Shown here piece by piece: positions 58,478 to 64,000 of a DNA stretch of 64,000 bases; position 1 is the stretch's first letter; each line of letters starts with the position of its first letter. Origin of the DNA: an uncultured Candidatus Rokubacteria bacterium. GTDB taxonomy: Bacteria; Methylomirabilota; Methylomirabilia; Rokubacteriales; CSP1-6. The stretch covers positions 128,001 to 192,000 of the forward strand of contig CAVWFS010000014.1 of assembly GCA_963754315.1 (NCBI GenBank), read 5' to 3'. The notes beneath the pieces are model-generated. The model did no database searches. It had not been told where the DNA came from and saw nothing but the letters and a program-made list of their open reading frames with translations. A program made the position numbers and the translations under genes.

Positions 58478-58707
58478 GTGAACGAGACGGCGCTGTCTCC
58501 CGCCCGTCGCTGGGCCATCACCTGACGTACCGAGAGACGCAGACACAGGCCCAGGTCCTCGCCATCATCGACGACTTTCGTCTGCTCGCCGTGATGTACG
58601 CGGGGCTCGTCATCCTGATCTTGCTGATGCGCCGCGTACAGCCCGAGCCCTCGGAGCGCTCGCAGCCCGTCGCCGAGCGCGCCCTCCCGCGCGCTGCTGC
58701 CGAGTAG
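58478..58707 (+). pseudogene. Remnant of DHA2/EmrB-like MFS transporter (extreme N- and C-termini only)
   Basis: VNETALSPARRWAIT joined out of frame to YRETQTQAQVLAIIDDFRLLAVMYAGLVILILLMRR…*, resembling the EmrB C-terminal QA..LA..D.F helix. Confidence 0.55.
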
Positions 58708-58719
58708 TCCCTGCCGAGC

Positions 58720-59952
58720 GTGAGCATCTATCCCGGGTGGGGTATCGTGGCCGGGGCCTTCGCGGTCCTCTTCGTCGCGTACGGCGCCCAGTTCTCCTTC
58801 GGCATCCTGTTCTCTCCGCTGTTGGCCGAATTTGGCTGGACGCGCGGGGACATCTCCGGCGTGTTCGGGGTTTACACGACCGTGTATTGCGTGTGCGCCT
58901 TTCCCGCCGGCCGGTTGACGGACCGCTTCGGTCCACGCCTCGTGATCGCCGGCGGCGGCGTGCTGCTGGGAGCCGCGCTGGCCGGCATGAGCCTCGTCAG
59001 CCAGCTCTGGCAGATCTATGTGGTGTATGGGTTGGTGGCGGGGATCGGCATGAGCACCGCCTTCATTCCCTGCAGCGCCACGGTGGTGCGCTGGTTCGTC
59101 CGCCGGCGGGGACTCGCGGTGGGGATTGCCGCGAGCGGCGGCAGCGCCGGCGCGATGATGGTGCCGCCACTCGCGCAACTGTTTGTCGGCTCGGCGGGCT
59201 GGCGCGTGGCCTTTGTGGCGATCGGCCTGGCGATACTCGTTCTGCTCAATCTCCTGGCTCCCATCATGCGGCGTGATCCTGAAAGCGTGGGCCTGCGTCC
59301 CGATGGGGCAAGGGGGCTGCCTACCCTTAGCGCGGCCGTGGACGACGCCGAGAGCTGGACGCTGACCCGTGCTCTGCGGTCGCCTACCTTCTGGGTGCTC
59401 GGCAGCCTGTTCAACCTGACCTGGTTCTCGATCTTCATTCCGACCGTCCACCTCGCCGCGCTAGCTCAGGACCGCGGCTTCCCCGCCATGGTCGGCGCCT
59501 CCGCCCTCAGCATCCTCGGTCTGGGCGCGCTCCTGGGCCGCCTGGCGAGCGGTGAGCTCTCGGACCGCATCGGGCGCAAGGCGGCCCTGGCCACCTCCGT
59601 GGTTGCGCAGAGCATGGCTCTGCTGGGCTTCGTGGCTTTCGGTGGGCTCCCGATGCTCATGGCCTCCGCCTTCGTCTTCGGCGCTGCCTATGCCGGGACC
59701 TCGACCTTGTTTCCGGTGATCCTCGGAGACTTCTTCGGACGCGGCCACGTGGGGAGCCTCAGCGGGTTCCTCTTCGCGTTCGGCGTCTTCGCCGGCCTCG
59801 GCCCCTTCGTTACCGGCGTGCTCCGCGACGCACGAGGCGACTACGGCTTCGCCTTCGTGCTGGCCGCAGTCATCAATGTCTCGGCCCTGCTGTTGCTGCC
59901 CTGGGCTCACCCTCCACGGCGCGGCCGGACCACGCTACACTCGGGTCCGTGA
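58720..59952 (+). CDS. MFS transporter (OFA/MCT-like)
   Basis: G.LTDRFGPR, WFVRRRGLA.G and SDRIGRK motifs; ~12 hydrophobic segments. Confidence 0.9.
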   Translation: MSIYPGWGIVAGAFAVLFVAYGAQFSFGILFSPLLAEFGWTRGDISGVFGVYTTVYCVCAFPAGRLTDRFGPRLVIAGGGVLLGAALAGMSLVSQLWQIYVVYGLVAGIGMSTAFIPCSATVVRWFVRRRGLAVGIAASGGSAGAMMVPPLAQLFVGSAGWRVAFVAIGLAILVLLNLLAPIMRRDPESVGLRPDGARGLPTLSAAVDDAESWTLTRALRSPTFWVLGSLFNLTWFSIFIPTVHLAALAQDRGFPAMVGASALSILGLGALLGRLASGELSDRIGRKAALATSVVAQSMALLGFVAFGGLPMLMASAFVFGAAYAGTSTLFPVILGDFFGRGHVGSLSGFLFAFGVFAGLGPFVTGVLRDARGDYGFAFVLAAVINVSALLLLPWAHPPRRGRTTLHSGP

Positions 59953-60437
59953 GCATCGACACGACCGTGCGCCGGGTCCTCGACACGCTCGGGACTCCCT
60001 ACGAGATCGTCGAGATCGATCCCGCCTTTGCCGATACTGCGGCCTTCTGCGAGAAGTACGGCTACGGCCTGGACGTGAGCGGAAACACCATCGTGGTGGC
60101 ATCCAAGCGCGAGCCGAAGCAGTTCGCCGCCTGCCTTGTCCTCGCCAACACCCGCCTCGACGTCAACCACGCGGTGCGCCGGCTCATGGGCGCCTCTCGC
60201 GTGTCCTTCGCGTCCGCCGAGGAGACCATGACCCTCACCGGCATGGAGATCGGCGGCGTCACCGTGCTGGCGCTGCCGGCGGACCTGCCGGTCTACGTGG
60301 ATGACCGGGTGATGGCCCTCGACTATGTCATCCTCGGCAGCGGCAGCCGTTCGTCCAAGGTGCGGATCGCCCCCGCCGTGCTCGAGCGCCTCCCGAGCGT
60401 TCGGGTGGTGCCAGGCCTCGCCCAGCCCCTTGCCTGA
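59949..60437 (+). CDS. YbaK/EbsC aminoacyl-tRNA deacylase family
   Basis: SFAS.EE…LTGM.IGGVT and GSGSRSSK motifs. Confidence 0.85.
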   Translation: MSIDTTVRRVLDTLGTPYEIVEIDPAFADTAAFCEKYGYGLDVSGNTIVVASKREPKQFAACLVLANTRLDVNHAVRRLMGASRVSFASAEETMTLTGMEIGGVTVLALPADLPVYVDDRVMALDYVILGSGSRSSKVRIAPAVLERLPSVRVVPGLAQPLA

Positions 60438-60581
60438 CCGCCCTGTAGCCTTCACAGTTCTTTACATATCGCACCCCGCCCTCTACGCGCACCTGGCCGC
60501 CGAGGGTGACGCGCCTCGACTTTTTCCGGGCCCTGACTCTCGCGTGCTGGGCGCGCTAGGCCCCGAAGGCGCGCCGCCTGT

Positions 60582-61238
60582 CTACGGATAAATGCGGCGA
60601 TAGACGCCGGGCGAGCCGGGAGCGTGGGTCATGGCCGCTCGCATCCGTCCCGAGCGCGGCGACGATCCCTCGCGTTGTGCGTTCCAGGCGGCCGTCTCCG
60701 ACACCTTCTCGTCTTCGAATTCATAGACCGTCGCGTAACGCGTGTCCCCCTCCACCACGCGGAAGCGGCGCGCATGGATCACTCCCGGCACCTTGCGGTA
60801 ACCCGGGATGTACTCGCCGTTGTACCACTCGTTCCATTCGCGATCCACGGACTCGGGCACCGACATCCGTCCGATCTGGAGCGCGGGTGGAAGCGCGCGC
60901 TCCATCAGCTCCGGGCTCGGGGGAAAGATCTGCGTGCCCAGGGTTCGCGCCACATTCCTCCCGATGGCCGTGGGCGAGATGCGGCGGCTCCAGGGGCTCG
61001 GGTGGGCACGGAAGTCCAGAAGCTCTCGAGTTTTCAGGGCGTCGACACTCGACAGTTCGTACGCGGCCAGATATTTGGGCCCACCCTTGACGGCAACGTA
61101 GCGGGCGGCATCGAGAAAACCGGGCAGGGTCAGCAGGCTCCCCAGCTGCTCGGTGTCGTACCAGGCGTTGAACTCCTCCTCGTACTTCGGGTCGATATCG
61201 GTGAAGACGAGGAGGATTCCGCTCCCCTTCTTGGCCAT
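60582..61238 (-). CDS. Two-domain dimeric alpha/beta barrel (EthD/DUF4286-like) protein
   Basis: Internal duplication: EEEFNAWYD.E…PGF..AARY and REWNEWYN.E…PGV..ARRF. Confidence 0.7.
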   Translation of the reverse strand: MAKKGSGILLVFTDIDPKYEEEFNAWYDTEQLGSLLTLPGFLDAARYVAVKGGPKYLAAYELSSVDALKTRELLDFRAHPSPWSRRISPTAIGRNVARTLGTQIFPPSPELMERALPPALQIGRMSVPESVDREWNEWYNGEYIPGYRKVPGVIHARRFRVVEGDTRYATVYEFEDEKVSETAAWNAQREGSSPRSGRMRAAMTHAPGSPGVYRRIYP

Positions 61239-61241
61239 GAG

Positions 61242-62948
61242 CTAGTGCAACCCACCGTGGACAGCCTGGAAGCGGGCGTTTCGCAGCACACGACCAGGAT
61301 GGCTGCCCGTGTGTGCGCCCTTCTCCAGGAGGACCTCGCCGTTGACCACAGTGTAGTGAATGCCTTCGGCGAGCTCACGAATCCGCCACCCATTGTTGGG
61401 GAAATCGTGGACGACATCTTCAGGGGCCGATCGCACGGTATCGGGATCGAAGACCACGAGGTCGGCCGCCATCCCCGGCTGCACCAACCCCCGGTCGTAG
61501 ATGCCGAAGGCCGAGGCGGAATCGAAGGTCAGGCGGCGCACGGCCTGCTCGAGCGACATGATGCCCTTCTCGCGCACCCAGTAGCCCAGGAGGCGGGTGG
61601 GGTTGCCCACGTTGGAGTGAAACTGGACGTGGGCGCCGCCATCGGAGAGACCCACCACCGCGTAGGGGCTGCCGAGGATCTGCGCCACCGCCTCGGTATC
61701 CATGTTGATCTCGCCCAGCGAGAAGACCGTGCCCAGCTCCTCCTCCACGGCCAGGTCGAGGAACGCATCGAGCGGGTCCTTACCTTGCTCCTGGGCGATG
61801 GCCGCGATGCTCCGCTGGGTGAGCGTCCGGTTTTTCGGCAGCTGCGGTTCCTCCACGATCATCAAATCCCAGCGCTTTGAGAAGGTCGAATCCGGTCCCA
61901 GGGGCGCGTCGACCTCGGCCCGCAGCTTGGCGCGCACGGCGGGATTGGCGTAGGCGGAGAGCTTGTCCGCGTCGGAGCCCTGCAGGATCGGCAACCACGT
62001 CGGCATGCTGCGAAAGACCTGGCAGTTTTTCATGGTGAAGCGATTCACGATGCTTCCTGGATTGCAGAGCGGCACCGCCCGAATGCCCTTGCGACCAGTG
62101 GCCTCGACATGAGCCAGGTGCGTCTTCCACCGTCCCGGCTGGCGGGCCTGTTCCAGAAGCGTGTTGTACATCAGGGGACGGCCACAGGCCTGGGCCAACC
62201 GGCTCAGGAGACCGTCCTTCAGCTCGGGGTTGGTCCCACCGCCGCACTGGATCACGCCAGTGCCGACCTCGCGCAACACGTCGGCCAGGGCGAACAGCTC
62301 CGCTTCGGGCGCACAGGCGGCGGGAATGCGCGTCCCGTTGACATCGAAGTGGTTCATGTTGCGCGTGATGGACAGGCCGAGGGCTCCCGCCTCGAGGGCC
62401 TCACGCACCACCTGCCGCATGGCTGCCAGCTCCGCCTCCGTGGCCGCCCGTTCCGAGCAGGCGTCGCCCATGGCGTAGAGCCTCACCGCCGAGTGTCCGA
62501 CGAAGGTCCCCACGTTGACGCCAAGCCGCTGCCCGATGGCGCTCATGTACTCGGGGAACGTCTCCCACGTCCACGGCACCCCCGCCCGCAGCACATCCAT
62601 GGGAATCGCCTCGACGTAGGAGAGCATCCCGGCCAGCTTTTCGCGGGCGTGGGCCTTGACCGGCGCCAGCGCCAACGAGCAGTTGCCGATGATGACGCTG
62701 GTGGCGCCGTGGTGACACGAAAAGGTGCAGAGGGGGTCCCAGAGAACCTGGGCGTCGTAGTGGCAGTGATTGTCCACGAAGCCGGGCGCCACCACGCGCC
62801 CGTCGGCTTCGATCACCCGCCCCGCCGGCCCATCGAGCCGGCCCAGCTCGACGATCTTTCCCCGGGCCACTCCGACGTCACCGTGAAAGGCGGGCCGTCC
62901 TGAGCCATCGATGATGCGGCCGTCCTTGATCAGCAGGTCGTAGGCCAT
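61242..62948 (-). CDS. N-acyl-D-amino-acid deacylase family amidohydrolase
   Basis: MAYDLLIKDG, PGFVDNHCHYD, GNCS, SDGGAH and DRG…GMAADLVVFDP motifs. Confidence 0.9.
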   Translation of the reverse strand: MAYDLLIKDGRIIDGSGRPAFHGDVGVARGKIVELGRLDGPAGRVIEADGRVVAPGFVDNHCHYDAQVLWDPLCTFSCHHGATSVIIGNCSLALAPVKAHAREKLAGMLSYVEAIPMDVLRAGVPWTWETFPEYMSAIGQRLGVNVGTFVGHSAVRLYAMGDACSERAATEAELAAMRQVVREALEAGALGLSITRNMNHFDVNGTRIPAACAPEAELFALADVLREVGTGVIQCGGGTNPELKDGLLSRLAQACGRPLMYNTLLEQARQPGRWKTHLAHVEATGRKGIRAVPLCNPGSIVNRFTMKNCQVFRSMPTWLPILQGSDADKLSAYANPAVRAKLRAEVDAPLGPDSTFSKRWDLMIVEEPQLPKNRTLTQRSIAAIAQEQGKDPLDAFLDLAVEEELGTVFSLGEINMDTEAVAQILGSPYAVVGLSDGGAHVQFHSNVGNPTRLLGYWVREKGIMSLEQAVRRLTFDSASAFGIYDRGLVQPGMAADLVVFDPDTVRSAPEDVVHDFPNNGWRIRELAEGIHYTVVNGEVLLEKGAHTGSHPGRVLRNARFQAVHGGLH

Positions 62949-63008
62949 CTTTCCGCTCCTCTCCCCGGTTTCCGTCGGATTCTCGCCATCAGGGGCCACC
63001 CGCGCTCG

Positions 63009-63278
63009 CTAGCTGCCGCGAGCGTAGTCGCGCCATCGTTCGTCGTCAACAGAAGACTCGGTGCGCCTTTCGATCCAGACCACTGCCTCGGGGAGCCGAA
63101 CGTTCGAGCCGCCGGGAGGCGAGAAGTTTGACACTGCGGCGAGGGCCCGGCTAGACTCGCCGCGTTCAGTGTTCGGCCCCGGGAGGATCGACGGATGTTC
63201 CTCGATCGGGTTGCAGAACAAGACGAATCCTTTCGCGTGGGCGGCGGCGGCGATCGGGCTCCGCCGCGCAATGGCCAT
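63009..63278 (-). CDS. Hypothetical small protein
   Basis: 89-aa ORF with GGAGGAG RBS filling the intergenic gap; no recognised motif. Confidence 0.4.
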   Translation of the reverse strand: MAIARRSPIAAAAHAKGFVLFCNPIEEHPSILPGPNTERGESSRALAAVSNFSPPGGSNVRLPEAVVWIERRTESSVDDERWRDYARGS

Positions 63279-63340
63279 TGCCTGCTCCTCCGCACGAGTG
63301 TGCGTTCCCTCACCGGGGTTCCCCAACGAAGGAGGGCTTC

Positions 63341-64000
63341 ATGGCGTTCGTCACCGAACGGGCCTCAGCGGCCGCGGCCGGCATGAAAGGCTTGCGTCGT
63401 GTCCCGGATCCGTACCCGCTGACCTTGGCCGGACTGCTGGCTGCCCTCGGCCCGCAGGCCATCAACTTCGGCATCTCCATCGGCGGCGGCGAGGCATATC
63501 TGCTGCCGAACATCTCCGCGCGCGGCACCCTCGGCATGCACTGGCTGATGCTGGTCTCGGTCGTTCTGGAGACGGCTCTCGTCTATGAGTGCATCAAGTA
63601 CAGCGTCTGCACGGGCCGCTCGTTCTTCGCCGCGACCGTGGAGCTCGGGCCGCGCCGCTTCTGGCCGTGGTTCTGGGCGGTGGTGACCATTCTCACCTTC
63701 GCGTGGCCAGCCTGGATGGGGGGCGCGGTCATTGCCGCCCACCGCTTCACCGGCATCGGCAACCCCTTGCCGTTCGGTCCCCCGCACTACCTGTGGGCCG
63801 TGATCGCGCTGGTAGCCGTTCTCGTGGTCTTCTACTTTTCGAACCGCACCTACGTCTTCCTGTCCAAGTTTTTCACCGTGATCATGTTCGCCAACATCGT
63901 TCTCGTGCTCGCCATCACCTTGATCGCGGCCAAGCCCCAACACTACTGGCAGGTTCTGATGGGCTACCTCGGGATCACCTTCCTCCTGGAAGGCTATCCG
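63341..64000 (+). CDS. Nramp/APC-like membrane transporter (partial, runs off window)
   Basis: Not in ORF track. AAGGAGG RBS; MAFVTERASAAAAGMKGLRRVPDP…LGPQAINFGISIGGGEAYLLP…E..KY…TGRS, followed by several TM segments. Confidence 0.75.
   Translation, partial: MAFVTERASAAAAGMKGLRRVPDPYPLTLAGLLAALGPQAINFGISIGGGEAYLLPNISARGTLGMHWLMLVSVVLETALVYECIKYSVCTGRSFFAATVELGPRRFWPWFWAVVTILTFAWPAWMGGAVIAAHRFTGIGNPLPFGPPHYLWAVIALVAVLVVFYFSNRTYVFLSKFFTVIMFANIVLVLAITLIAAKPQHYWQVLMGYLGITFLLEGYP

Noticed and set aside
58523..58525. TGA as a second selenocysteine codon
   Set aside because: The downstream coding-like sequence is in a different frame, and there is no redox motif context.
58360..59451. Long N-terminal extension on dodecin (438-aa ORF)
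   Set aside because: Antisense shadow of the MFS gene; dodecin has its own RBS and ATG at 58359.
60440..60580. Possible IS/transposon end or structured RNA between convergent genes
   Set aside because: No partner inverted repeat, target duplication, transposase or recognisable RNA motif.
1..64000. Many long overlapping or antisense ORFs in the track; rRNA, tRNA, integrase or transposase genes
   Set aside because: Shadow ORFs are expected at high GC and lack motifs; no rRNA, tRNA or mobile-element signatures were recognised.

Overview
GC-rich bacterial chromosomal window of about 62 genes. It is dominated by catabolic and transport genes: amidohydrolase/amidase paralogues, a CoA-transferase, an LLM monooxygenase, HpaB, gentisate dioxygenase, and ABC and MFS transporters. 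Gene content and GC-rich intergenic palindromes resemble Ca. Rokubacteria/Methylomirabilota (inference, not verified). About a dozen single-base frameshifts in conserved genes point to an unpolished long-read assembly, so fusions and truncations need read-level checks. Signals not visible in the ORF track: (1) a probable selenoprotein, a glutaredoxin with U-S-S-C fused to a DinB-like domain, with an in-frame UGA and a SECIS-like hairpin (20656-21402, minus); (2) a complete glmS ribozyme upstream of an internally deleted glmS; (3) a small basic protein with a eukaryote-spaced C2H2 zinc finger; (4) an nrtR-nadA::nadC-cysteine desulfurase operon with two NrtR boxes and no nadB; (5) a family 1 encapsulin with ferritin-like cargo; (6) a duplicated regulator fragment + 37-bp GTTAC motif + secreted-protein module; (7) BIME-like composite REP elements; (8) four genes that appear to have lost internal or 3' segments. 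No rRNA, tRNA, CRISPR array or transposase was recognised.
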